Shown here: piece after piece, positions 12,393 through 25,076 of the stretch
How positions within the stretch are numbered: position 1 is the stretch's first letter
How the letters are laid out: the number at the start of each line of letters is the position of its first letter
Source of the DNA: Somniosus microcephalus
Lineage: Eukaryota
NCBI GenBank assembly: GCA_052327205.1
Contig: CM126202.1
Location: 105,338,001-105,402,000, forward strand
DNA length: 64,000 nucleotides
Reading direction: 5' to 3'
The notes under the pieces: model-generated
What the model was told of the DNA's origin: nothing
The model's database searches: none
The model's input: only the letters and a program-made list of their open reading frames with translations
Position numbers and translations under genes: made by a program

Positions 12393-15300
12393 TAGAAACA
12401 TAGAAACGTAGAAGATAGGAGCAGGAGTAGGCCATTCGGCCCCTCGAGTCTGCTCCGCCATTTAATGAGATCATGGCTGATCATCCAAATTCAGTACCCG
12501 GTCCCTGCTTTCTCGCCATAAACCTTTAGCCTCAAGAAATATATTCACTCCTTCTTGAATATATTTAATGAATTGGCCTCAACTGCCTTCTGTGGTAGAG
12601 AATTCCACAGGTTCACCACTCTCTGGGTGAAGAAATTCCTCCTCATCTCTGCCCTAAATGGCTTACCCCTTATCTTTAGACTGTGACCCCTCGTTCTGGA
12701 CTCCCCGGCCATCGGGAACATCCTTCCTGCATCTAGTCTGTCTAGTCCTGTTAGAATTTTATAAGTTTCAATGAGATCCCCTCTCATTCTTCTAAACTCC
12801 AGCAAATATAAGCCCAATCGACCCAATCTCTCCTCATACGTCATTCTTGCCATCCCAGGTATCAGCCTGGTGAATCTTCGCTGCACTCCCTCCATGGCAA
12901 GAACATTCTTCCTCAGATACGGCGACCAAAACTGCAGACAATACTCGAGGTGCGGTCTCACCAAGGCCCTGTACAACTCCAGCAAGACATCCTTACTCCT
13001 GTACTCATCCTCTTGCTATGAAAGCCAACATACCATTTGCCTTCTTAACCGCCTGCTGCACCTGCATGCTTACCTTCAGCGACTGGTGCACAAAGACACC
13101 CAGGTCTTGTTGCACTTCCCCTTCTCCCAATCTATTGCCGTTCTGATAATCTGCCTTCCTGTTTTTGCCACCTAAGTGGATAACCTCGCATTTATCCACA
13201 TTATACTGTATCTGCCATGCATCTGCCTGCCATGCATCTGCCCAATCACCCAACCTGTCCAAATCATACTGGAGTTTCTCTGCATCCTCCTCACAGCACA
13301 CACGTCCACCCAGCTTTGTGTCGTCTGCAAACTTGGAGATATTACATCTAGTTCCCTCGTCTAGATCATCATTAATATATATTGTGAATAGTTGGGCTCC
13401 TAGCACCGATCCCTGCGGTACCCCACTAGTCACTGCCTGCCACTTGGAAAAAGACCCGTTTATTCCAACTCTTTGCCTCCTGTCTGCCAACCCGTTCTCT
13501 ATCCAAGTCAATCTCTTACCCCCAATCCCATGTGCTTTAACTTTACATGCTAATCTCTTATGCGGGACATTATCGAAAGCCTTCTGAAAGTCCAAATACA
13601 CCACATTCACTGGTTCTCCCTTATCCTACCAGTTACATCCTCAAAAAATTCCAGTAGATTAGTCAAGCACGATTTACCTTTTGTAAATCCATATTGACTT
13701 TGTCTGATCCCGTTACTGTTTTCCAAGTGCTCTGCTACTACATCTTTTATAATGGACTCTAGCATTTTCCCCACTACCAATGTCAGACTTACCAGTCTAT
13801 AATTCCCCATTTTCTCTCCACCACCTTTTTTGAATAGTGGGGTTACATTAGCTACCCTCCAATCCACCGTCAACCCTTTAAGTAACGTTCCCCAACCCAT
13901 CCTAGCTAACTTGCGCCTCATACCATCGTAGTTTCCTTTATTTAAATTCAGGACCCTAGTCTCTGAGTCAAATACTTCACTCTCCATCTTAATGAAGAAT
14001 TCGATCATATTATGATCACTCCGACCCAAGGGGCCTTGCACAACAAGATTGCTAATTAATCCTTTCTCATTACATAATATCCAGTCTAAGATGGCCTGAT
14101 CTCTAGTTGGTTCCTCAACACATTGGTCTAGGAAACCATCCTGTATACACTCCAGGAATTCCTCCTCCACAGTATTTTTACTAATTTGGTTAGCCCAATC
14201 TATATGTAGATTAAAGTCACCCATGATAACTGCTGTGCCCTTATTGCACGTGTCTCTAATTTCCCATTTCATGCCATCCCCAACCTCCGCATTACTGTTT
14301 GGGGGGGTCTGTATACAACTCCCACTAACGTTTTCTGCCCCTTGGTATTTCTCAGGTCTACCCATACAGATTCCACATCATCAGAGCTAATATCCTTCGT
14401 TACTATTGTGTTAATCTCCTCGTTAACTAGCAATGCTACCCCACCTCCTTTTCCTTTTTGCCTGTCTTTCCTAAATAATGAATACCCCTGCATGTTGAAT
14501 TCCCAGCCTTGGTCACCCTGGAGCCATGTTTCCGTAATCCCAATTATATCATGTCCATTTACATCTATTTGTGCAGCTAATTCATCCACCTTATTCCGAA
14601 TGCTCCTCCCATTAAGAGACAAAGCCTTCAGGCTTGTTTTTTTAACACTCTTAGTCCTTTTAGAATTATTATTTACTGCAGCCATGTTTGATTTAAACCC
14701 TTGATTTCTCTGACTGCCACTTTTGCTTTTCTCCCTCCTGTCTTTTGCTTCTATCCTTGCTTCCCTTTCCTCTGTCTCCCTGCACAAGTTCCCAACCCCC
14801 TGCCATTTTAGTTTAAACCCTCCCGAACAGCACTAGCAAATACTCCCCCTCGGACATCGGTCCCGGTCCTGCCCAGGTGCAAACCGTCCAGTTTGTACTG
14901 GTCCTACCTCCCCCAGAACCAGTTCCAATGTCCCAGGAATTTTAATCCCTCCCCCTTGCACCATTCCTCTAGCCACGTATTCATCTGAAATATCCTTCTA
15001 TTTCTACTCTGACTAGCATGTGGCACTAGTAGCAATCCTGAGATTACTACCTTTTTGAGGTCCTATTTTTAAATTTACCTCCTAACTCCCTATAATCAGC
15101 TTTTAGGACCTCATCCCGTTTTTTTACCTATATCGTTGGTACTTATATGCACCACGACAACTGGCTGTTCACCCTCCCCCTCCAGAATGCCCTGCAGCCG
15201 CTCCGAGACATCCTTGAGCCTTGCACCAGGGAGGCAACATACCATCCTGGAGTCTCGTTTGCGGCCGCAGAAACGCCTATCTATTCCCCTTACAATAGAA

Positions 15301-16400
15301 TCCCCTATCACTATAGCTCTCCCGCTCTTTTTCCTCCCGTCCTGTGCAGCAGAACCACCCATGGTGCCAGGAAGTTGGCTGCTGCTGCCTTCCCCCGATA
15401 AGCCATCTCCCTCAACGATATCCAAATTGGTATATCTGTTTGAGGGGGATGGCCACCTGGGACCCCTGCACTACCTGCGTGCGCCTGCTACTCTGCCTGG
15501 TGGTCACCCATTCCCTTCCTGCCTGTGCAGCCTTTACCTGCGGTGTGACCAACTGATTAAACATGATATCCACGATGTCCTCAGCATCGCAAATGCTCCA
15601 GTATGTATCCATTCGCAGCTCCAGCATACCACGGGGCCGAGCTGTCCTGCCATGACTTACACTTTAATTAATTTAACTTAATTTAAATCAAATTAATTAC
15701 ACTAATTACACGGTGGCATAGTGGTTAGCACTGTTGCCTCACAGCGCCAGGGACCTGGGTTCGAATCCGGCCTCGGGCGACTGTCTGTGTGGAGTTTGCA
15801 CATTCTCCCCGTGTTTGCGTGGGTTTCCTCCGGGTGCTCCGGTTTCCTCCCACAGTCCAAAGATGTGCGAGTTAGGTTGATTGGCTATGATAAATTGGCC
15901 CTTAGTGTTAGGGGGATTAAATACGTGGGGTTACGGGGATCGGGTGGGATATGTGTCGGTGCAGGCTCGATGGGCCGAAATGGCCTCTATCTGCACTGTG
16001 GGGTTTCTGTGATTCTGTGAATTAAATGATGTACTCAAGGCCCTTGGTTACTAGCACTCCCCGATACACAACAGGGACCTTAGAAACTATAACCACAAAA
16101 ATTAAGACCGTCTAAATTTTATAAACTATTAATCTTAGCTGTCAAACTATAGAGTATAAATACTCACCTGGCCGTACTCACCCAATCAGCTGCTTCCTCT
16201 TGCCCGCGTCACTTTGAATAAGAACATAAGAACATAAGAATCGTGACTTGGCTCCGGAACGCCGCTGCCGTTCTGAGAGATTGGTAAGCCTTGTACTGCC
16301 GCTCTCTCCACTCCCGACACTGGCCTCAATCAGCTCCCTCCCCTTGTGCTGACGTCACTTTTGACTTCTGACGTCACTCTTTGAAAAATCTGCCGATGCT
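12393..16400 (-). mobile_element. CR1 LINE with 5'UTR, ORF1 and internally deleted ORF2
   Basis: Tail (AGAAACAT)n on the + strand at 12393. RT fragments at 12545-13610, APE at 13607-14787, SGNH ORF1 (IVIGDSIVRG, VHISTND) at about 14810-15655. Confidence 0.95.
15709..16020 (+). mobile_element. tRNA-derived V-SINE (HE1-like) inserted in the CR1 5'UTR
   Basis: A box TGGCATAGTGG, B box GGTTCGAATCC, V-domain TGTGGAGTTTGCACATTCTCCCCGTG..GGGTTTCCTCCGGGTGCTCCGGTTTCCTCCCACAGTCCAAAGA, tail TCTGTGATTCTGTGA. Confidence 0.93.
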
Positions 16401-16828
16401 GAGTTGGTATCGCTGCCTCACCGCTTCTCCCAGGTCCGCACTGCCGCTGCCGCTGTGGTTGCTTCTTTCTGGATCCAGCGTTCCTGCCTCACCCATCCAC
16501 CCACTGCGATCGGACCACCGATCCCTTTTCCGGTCCTCAATCGCCTTCCCGTCTCCCCTCTCCAGCGCCGATGCTCCTCCGGCTCCCTAGTCCCAATCAT
16601 CCCCCACCCCGCCCCATGCTCCTCCGGCCCCCGACCATCCTGATCCCTCCCTCCCTCTCTGCGGACCAGTGCCACAGGTCTGCCAGCCTCTATCTGGCTG
16701 GCTGCGGGTGGGGAACAGAGCTTTAAAATACTAATCAGGCCCTGCCATTAAATTTGGCAGGGTCTGCGAGAAACCCATTCTCCCACTACTTTCTCCATTC
16801 CCCTGCTGCTTCCTGTGGGACTAGACAT

Positions 16829-17001
16829 GGGTCCTGAAATTCCATGGGGGTTCTGTTGGTCTTCTCCCTAAGTCTTAGCGGGAGACTGGTGGAAACCCCC
16901 GAGAAACGGCTAAACAGCTGAAAGTGACCATTTCCACTTTTTCCTCTGTGTGGCTTCCACGGTGGGAAGCCATTGGCAGCATCCTGCAGAATTTCAGGGC
17001 C
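16829..17001. mobile_element. Small MITE (Harbinger-like TIRs)
   Basis: Imperfect TIRs GGTCCTGAAATTC and GAATTTCAGGGCC. Confidence 0.55.
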
Positions 17002-19274
17002 AAGGTCTGTGAATGCTAACACAATCTGAATATGAATTTGAAAAAGCCCTATTCTGATGAAAAATTAACTACATTAATTGGCATTGGATTAAAAAAAAAG
17101 ACTTGCTCCAAATGTTGAAATATCACTGGCTTTTCATGTTGTGCAGAAGCTGACCGATAAGAACAAAGACATGCTGGTTTGTTCAAATATCAGCCTTTCA
17201 CTGTGGTGTCAAGACAAGATCATGAATAGCTGTTCTGTAAAACCATTAGCTGGATAACGAGATGTAACTGGAAGCCCAGAGAGCTGGCTGCCACACATTG
17301 CTGATTGAAGTCAATAAACCTCGTGCTTTGGCACTCTTTCCCTGTACTTCAAATATCAGCTTGTCAAAGTGCAGTAAATGTCCGTTTCTAAGTCTTGTGG
17401 GATTTACAGTAAAATTTCAGAAACAAAAGAAATTTGGAACAGGTTTTTTCAAACTGTAGTTTAGGTTTAGTTCACATTTTTGGTCACCATTACTGGTAGC
17501 GCCAGAGTGGAGTGCGTGCTGCGGACTGTTGTAAATTCATATAGTGATCATTCCTGCTTCATCTCTACCCATTCTATGCCACGCATGAACCTCCAGCCGA
17601 ACCTTGTAGTGGGCTTTAAAAAGTTCTCGCTGGAAACTGATCAGAGTTCCTTTTAATTTATAAGTCTATTTTCATGGAACACATATTAGCACAAGTTCAT
17701 TTCCTGCCTGTACTGTGTTCCAAGTTCGCCAATAGATTAAGGGTGCTGGGGCAGGCATATTCTGGGCTGACGGGAAGTCAACTATTAAAGGGATACTCAC
17801 TATGTTTTGAGAATAAATATTTATGAAAATTGAATTTATTTTCACCTTTTCCCTTCATTTTCACCATTAATTTTGATCAGTTAAAAAAAAAAATGTTTCT
17901 GCCTAAGAGTTGTGGCTGCCAGATTTTCAATTGCTGCAATTATAATTTTGAAAATGAACATTCCTGTGGTAATTCCTCTATTTTGGTGGTATTTGGAAGA
18001 TAAAGAGGAGGAATATAGGGAGGGATGTGATTCAAGTCCGATTGCAGAAGCAGACTGATCTTATCCACCCGTACAGAGAAAGGCACACCTACCTTGGAAT
18101 ATTGCAGGATAACGGTCTTTGTTGGCTCCAGTTCACTAGGGAAGTAGTGACAGTGGTGCCATCTCCTAGAATCTGCCCTTCAACTAACCTCCACCACAGG
18201 GATGGTATTGTCAGTGATTGTCAAGATCACCACAGTCCTGAATTTTTAAACGACTGTCTTATTCCAAGCTACTACAGTAGATATCCGCAATATCACCAAT
18301 CTGTGTTCACTGAGGTATCATCTTTAAATGGCTGATTCCTTTTATTTCTGGCCTGTAGCTCTTTAAGGACTAATTACATGCACTGCCTCCCCTCTTTGGC
18401 AGGCCCAACCCAGAACATCTAGCAGAATAACCTGAAGATCCAACCTATCATGTGAGTGAACTGCTCACAGCCCTCTTGTTCCACAGCTTCAGCACCAGGA
18501 CCAGAAATATACCCTAGGACAAGAATAGCTCAATGGAGATGGCTTGTGCAATTGAATCAGTTGCTAGCACTTATTGCCAAGGTTCACACATGAAGAATGA
18601 CCAGTACCCAGCACCTGTGGAATTGTACCTCAGCACAAATCACTTTGAGTAAGGGAGAAGGAGAGCAAATTGTGGGGAGTGGGGGCAGGGGTGGTGGTGA
18701 TGAGCAGAAAATGTCTATTTTGAAAGCAGCAGTAAACTTTCAGTACAAAAAGGGTGAACAATAATAAGGACCACTAGAATGTATGCCCACATTTATTTCC
18801 AAGGCATGCACTATAACAAAAGGTACAATATTTTTTGTACAACTATTCAATTCCTTTTCACCTTTTCTAGTCAGTCAGTGGTGCAATGCGTCAAATTCTC
18901 CAGCATATAATTATGGCAATTTGATGCTCTCACCCAGTGGTACATTGTTCCATCAGTGTTCATGGTCTGATTACATGCCAGTGTGGTTGATCTCGAGTTG
19001 TTTTCTCCGAGCAATGCCACATGACGTTTGATTGCTTAATTGACAACTCAACCTTTAGCCACAAGGATGAGTTTTCAGTGTGTTTGGATAAGTTTTTCAT
19101 TGGTTGAAAGTTGAAAATAGGTTTTAGGAATCATCATAACTGATGAGAATTCTAGTAAACTCCCCCACCCCCCCCCCCCCCCCCCAAATTGGTCAATTAA
19201 TTTATAACTTTTAAAGATTTTGTTTGTAACCTTGATTGTGATTTTACAGAATAGTGGACAAACCAAATCATTAC

Positions 19275-21073
19275 TATGGGAACCCACATGGGTCCTAGCT
19301 ATGCCTGCCTTTTCATGGGATATGTGGACAATTCATTGTTCCAGTCCTACTCCATTCCCCTCCCTCACCTCTTTCCGGTACATTGATGACTGTATCTGTG
19401 CCGTTTCCTGCTCTTGCCCTGAACTGGAAAATTTCATTCACTTTTTGCTTCTAATTTCCACCCTTCCTTCACCTTCACATGGTCCATTTCCGACTCTTCC
19501 CGTCCCTTCCTCGACTTCTCTGTCTCCATTTCTGGGGATAGGCTATCAACAAACATTCACTACAAGCCCACTGACTCCCACAGCTACCTGGACTACACTT
19601 CCTCCCACCCCACCTTATGTAAGGACTCTATTCCATCCTCCCAGTTTCTCCGTCTCCATCGCATCTGTTCTGATGATGCCACCTTCCATACTAGTGCTTC
19701 CGACATGTCTTCCTTTATCCTCAGCCGAGGATTCCCCTCTACCATGGTTGACGTGGCCCTCGACTGTGTCCGTTCTATTTCCCGCACTTCTGCTCTCACC
19801 CCTTCCTTTCCCTTCCCTCCCCTCCCAGAACCATGATAGGGTTCCCCTTGTCCTCACCTTTCACCCCACCAGCCTCCATATTCAACGTATAATTTTCCGC
19901 CACCTCAAGCATGATCCCACCACCAGACATATCTTCCCCTCACCTCCCCTTTCAGCATTCCAAAGGGACCATCCCCTCCATGACACCCTGGTCCACTCTT
20001 CAATCACCCCAAACACCCCCTCCCCTTCCCACGGCACCTTCCCGTGCAAGCGCAGGAGATGCAACACCTGCCCTTTTACCTCCTCCCTTCCCACTGTCCA
20101 TGGCCCCAAACACTCCTTCCAGGTGAAAGTGATTTACTTGTACAGGTAGACTATCCTTTATCCGAAAACCTTGGGACCAGCCGTGTTTCGGTTTTCGGAA
20201 AATTTCGGATTTCGGAAGGTATTTTATAAGACTAGGAAATTTGTCGGGGTGGGGGTCGGCTGGGGGTGGGGTTCGGCGGGGGGTCGGGGGTGGGGGTCGG
20301 CGGGGGTCGGGGTCGGCGGTGGGGGTCGGCGTCGTGCGTACGACTTACGCTGAACGAAAACACTTTCGGTTTTCAGAGGATTTCGGTTTTCGGAAGTGCG
20401 GATAAAGGATACACTATCCCTTATCCGAAAGGTTGGGGGGTCGGCGGGGGGTCAGGGAGAAAAGAATATCGGCCAGGCCGCTGCAGCTATCGGACGGGCC
20501 GCTGTATTGTTGGGTTCACTCTCCCGGTATACCTCCTTCACACTGCCTGGCTCGGCCTGCAATCCCCTACCCAGGAGGGAACTCAGTGACCCTCTGCCCT
20601 GCTCAGCGTAAGTCGTGCGCCACTCTGGTCATGTCGTGCGCACGACTTACGCTGAACGAAAAAACCTTCGTTTTTTAGAGGGTTTCGGTTTTCGGAAGTT
20701 CGGATAAAGGGTAGTCTACTTGTACTTGCAATTTAGTATACTGTATTCGCTGCTCACGATGCGGTCTCCTCTACATTGGGGGGACCAAATGCAGATTGGG
20801 TGACCGCTTTGCGGAACATCTCTGTTCAGTCCGTGACCTGTCCCTTTAATTCTCCGCTCCACTCCCACTCTGACCTTTCCGTCCTCGGGTTCTTGCACTG
20901 TTCGAACAAAGCTCAACGTAAGCTTGAGGAGCAGCATCTCATCTTTCGATTAGGCACTTTACAGCCTTCTGGACTCAACATTGAGTTCAACAGTTTCAGA
21001 CCATAACCTCTGCTCCTACTTTTTTTCACATGATTCTGCCATTCCCATTCACACCCCATCTAGACTCATCTTT
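19275..21073 (+). mobile_element. Penelope-like element (RT C-terminal part + GIY-YIG), decayed
   Basis: MGTHMGPSYACLFMGYV, FRYIDD, HYKPTDSHSYLDY, RVPLVLTFHP, GTFPCKRRRCNTCPF, LVYCIRCSRCGLLYIG.T, across frames. Confidence 0.9.
20143..20722. mobile_element. Tc1/mariner (Tigger/pogo-like) MITE inserted in the Penelope GIY-YIG region
   Basis: TIRs CAGGTAGACTATCCTTTATCCGAA and TTCGGATAAAGGGTAGTCTACTTG, with TA on both sides. Removing it rejoins FTCT..NLVYCIRC. Confidence 0.9.
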
Positions 21074-22438
21074 TCATAATCATAATCAACTTTATTGTCA
21101 TTGTTAGTGCACAAGTGCAGTACAACGAAATGTAGGCTTGCGGCTCCCGAGAGTGTACATTTAGATTAAGACATTTAACATTCGACATTCATTTGGCTTG
21201 TAATACATTAACATAAACATAACCATAATAAAGTGCATTGGCAGATGTGCAGGCTTTAGAGTTTATTTGTGGAGTTCAGTAGGATGACAGCCCTGGGAAA
21301 GAAGCTGTTCCTAAATCTGGTCGTTCAGGTGCGAATGCATCTGTAGCGTCTCCCAGATGGCAGGGGGGCGAACAGACTGTGGCTGGGGTGGGTAGGGTCT
21401 TTGATGGTCAGTGACCTCCGTAAACAGCGTTTCTGATAGATGTTCTCTATGGTCGGTAGCCGGGTGCCGGTAATGCGTTGGGCAGTTTTGACTACCCGCT
21501 GCAGGGCTTTCTGATCATAGGAGCTACAGCTGCCATACCATACTGTGATACAGTTCGTCAGGATGCTCTCTATTGTGCAGCGGTAAAAGTTAGAGAGGAT
21601 CAGGGGTGACAGGTTACATCCCTTCAGCCTCCTTAGGAAATATAGGCGCTGCTGGGCCGCCTTTACCAAAGAGGAGGTATTGAGGGGCCAGGAGAGGTCT
21701 TCCGTGATGTGGACTCCGAGGAACTTAAAGCTGTCCACCCTTTCCACCACAGCCCCATGGATGTGGATGGGGGTGTGACTTCTGCCTTTAGACTTCCTGA
21801 AGTCCACAATGATTTCCTTGGTTTTCTTGATGTTAAGGGCCAGGTTGTTATCGGCGCACCACTTCACGAGATGCTGGACCTCCTCCCTGTAGGCTGACTC
21901 GTCGTTGTTGGTGATCTGGCCTACTACCGTGGTATCATCTGCAAACTTGATGGTGCTGGAACCATGAACAGCCACACAGTCGTGGGTGAAGAGGGAGTAG
22001 AGGAGGGGGCTCAGCACACAACCTTGTGGGGGCCCCCGTGTTCAGGGTCGGGGCGGGGGGGGGGGGGGAGGTGTGGTTACCTAATTTGACAGACTGGGGT
22101 CTGTTAGTTAGGAAGTCCAGGGTCCAGTTGCAAAGGGAAGTGTTCAGGCCAAGAGTGTGGAGTTTGGTGGCCAGCTTGTTGGGGACGATAGTGTTGAATG
22201 CTGAGCTGTAGTCTATGAACAGCATTCTGATGTAGGTCTCTTTACCGTCTAAGTGATTCAATGCAGAATGTAGAGCAGTTGTGATTGCATCCTCCGTTGA
22301 TCTGTTTGCACGATAGGCAAACTGGTGTTGGTCAAGAGAGGCGGGAACACTGGCTTTGATGTGAGCCAGGACCAGTCTCTCTCAACACTTCATTATGATG
22401 GGTGTGAGTGCGACAGGTCGATATTCGTTCAGACACGT

Positions 22439-23479
22439 TGTAGGATTCGCAAAAATCCAGGAAAATACAGTCTACATTGTAAAACCCCTGAAATGGCCAC
22501 ATTTTATGAACACAAGATGGAGTTGGCAGATCACATGACTCATTTCAGAAGGACATACCACTGCAGTATCTTAAAGAAACCTGAATCGCCACCGATTAGA
22601 AGATTCCAGAACTGACTGTAATTGCTATGGAAAAATGGTTACAGTAGTAACAAAGTCAAAACAAAAGTATTTACACCTCAAGGTGTGTTAATTGCTAGCA
22701 AAACGCAAACCCATCTCTGAAATCACAGGGCACAGACAAAACCTATTATCTGTACCAAACTCAGAGGGACACAGGACAGATCCCATTAGTTTCATTTACA
22801 AGACATTAAAATAAAGTACCCGCTTTTGTCAAAGCAGCCTGCCCATTACTTTAACAAAAGAAAACCCCTAATTTGTCGCCAAGATGAGGGCAAGAAAACA
22901 GTATAACTGTTGGGGGAAAAGAGACATTAAAAAAAACACAGTTTCATACAGGAGCACCAAGGTCAAGGACAGTTTTAAAAACCCCGGTGAGCATAGAGGC
23001 CCAACTCCACCTAGCTGATCTAGTTGAGGTATACTGTAGAGACGGGAGGGTTTTTAATATTAAGGGCTTTGTAATTCGGGAGTGTTATTCATCCATCGTT
23101 GTGCCGTGCGCTTTCTCCACCCCCGTTTTATTATATCGCTGACCTAGAATTGATGTATTATGATAGTCAAAGTAACTCTTGTGTGTTAAATTTTAGTTCT
23201 CATTGAGAGGCGTGTTCATGATTTTTGTCTGCATTGTTTCTTCATTCTCTATGTTTTATTCTCCTTAAAAATAAAGATACCTTTGATTTAAAACTTACCT
23301 TGTCTCACCTGATCCATTTGTCTTCCGAGTCACAAGTTGGGCCAACACATCAAGGTGGTCTGGCAATAAGCCCAGTGTCTAGAACCGGTGAGGGGGAAGC
23401 GCTTCGGAACCGCTCACGAGCAGTGTGAAATCAAAAACCGATCTCGCACACCACAAGCTCGTTAAAACGACCCCTTACA
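22439..23479 (+). mobile_element. Single ~1040-bp LTR (TG...CA) of an ERV/LTR retrotransposon
   Basis: Non-Rex1 sequence splitting the Rex1 motif VPKQTA/TCLNEYRP. Starts TGTAGG, ends CTTACA, has AATAAA at 23270 and is followed by a PBS. Confidence 0.85.
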
Positions 23480-23482
23480 GAA

Positions 23483-23499
23483 TGGCGACCCAGATGGGA
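23483..23499 (+). promoter_or_regulatory. Primer-binding site complementary to the tRNA-Arg(CCG) 3' end
   Basis: TGGCGACCCAGATGGGA is the reverse complement of TCCCATCTGGGTCGCCA (vertebrate tRNA-Arg-CCG end, recalled from memory). Confidence 0.8.
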
Positions 23500-24932
23500 A
23501 TCAAAGGTATCTTTATTTTTAAGCAGTTTGCTTTGGCACAGGAATAATGGTAGCGGTCTTGAAGCATGTAGGGACTACTGCCTGGGCCAATGATAGATTG
23601 AAGATGGCGTTGAAGACATCAGCCAGCTGATCAGCACATTCTTTGAGTACCTGTCCAGGGATGCTATCGGGTCCAGCAGCCTTACGTGTGTTCACTCTGC
23701 GTAGAACACCCCTTACGTCGGAGGTCGACAGAGTGAGCACCTGGTCTTCGGGGGCAACAAGGCTTTGGTAGCCGGCTCCCTGTTGTCCCTGTCAAAGTGA
23801 GCGTAAAAGTTGTTAAGCTCCTCCGGAAGGGAGGCATCGCTAACCGGGGGGCTGGTGTTTTTGCCCTTGTAGTCAGTGATGGACTGGATGGCTTGCCACA
23901 TGCGCCGGGGGTCCGAGTTGTTGTGGAAATGATCCTCTATCCGCAGTGTCTGTTTCCTTTTGGCAGTCCTGATACCCTTTTTTAGGTTGGTCCTAGCTGC
24001 ACTGTAAGCCGCCGCGTCGCCAGATTTAAATGCTACGTCGCGTGCTTTTAACAGCGAGCGGACCTCCCCCGTTCATCCAGGGTTTCTGGTTGGGGTATGT
24101 CCTGATATATTTTTATGGGTCGTGACGACCTCAACGCAACTGTTGATGTAGAATAGCACTGTGGATACGTATTCCTCAATGTCAGTATGGGCAAACATGC
24201 TCCAATCAGTGCGTTCGAAGCAATCCTGAAGCTCCGAGACTGCCCCCTCTGGCCATACTTTCACTGATCTTACTGATGTTTTCACTCATTTGATGAACGG
24301 TTTGTATGCCGGGGCTAGAAACAGGGAGAGGTGGTCAGACTTCCCAAGGTGGGGGCAGGGAATGGCCTTATAAGCATCTACAATGCTCGTGTAGACTTGA
24401 TCCAGTGTGTTCTCCCCTCTTGTTGGGCAGGAAACATTCTGGTGGAATTTCGGGAGTACAGATTTTAGGTTTATGTGATTGAAGTCCCCCGCGACAATAA
24501 AAGCTCCGTCTGGGTGTGCAGTTTGTTGTTCGCTGATGACCCTGTAGAGGTCCTTCAGTGCTAGTTTGGCATTAGCGTGTGGTGGGATGTAGACCGCAGT
24601 GATGATAACAGCCGTGAATTCCCGGGGCAGGTAGAAGGGTCTGCACCTAACCATGAGGAATTCCAAATCGGCCGAACAGGATCTATCGATTATGTCCGTG
24701 TTAGTGCACCAGGCATTGTTCGTGTAAATGCACAAACCGCCTCCCTTGCTCTTACCGGAGTCTGCAGTTCTGTCGGCGCGGAAGACCGTGCGTCCTTCAA
24801 GCTGAATGGTGGTGTCAGGGATGCCGTTGTTCAACCAGGTCTCTGTGAAGATCATGGCGCAGCATTCCTTTGTCCTTTTCTGTGAGGAGAGATCAAGTTT
24901 GATCTCATCCATTTTATTTTCCAGTGACCGAA

Positions 24933-25076
24933 CACAGAAACCCCACAGTGCATATCCCACCCGATCCCCGTAACCCCTACACCAACACATATCCCACCCT
25001 ATCCCTGTAACCCCACGTATTTAATCCCCCTAACACTAAGGGTCAATTTATCATAGCCAATCAACCTAACCCGCAC
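24933..25076 (-). mobile_element. 5'-truncated HE1-like V-SINE inserted in the Rex1 ORF
   Basis: Reverse complement of the 3' half of the copy at 55335-55680. Splits Rex1 LANV|RSL and is flanked by AAC repeats. Confidence 0.9.

Noticed and set aside
15709-15780. tRNA gene (A and B boxes)
   Set aside because: It continues into the V-domain, so it is a SINE head. The same applies at 55335, 36415 and 51838.
18027-18335. 102-aa ORF / possible exon
   Set aside because: No homology recognised. The minus-strand donor near 18092 lacks a convincing acceptor.
19220-20149. 309-aa ORF as a host gene
   Set aside because: It is a frame-hopping read-through of decayed Penelope RT/GIY-YIG sequence.
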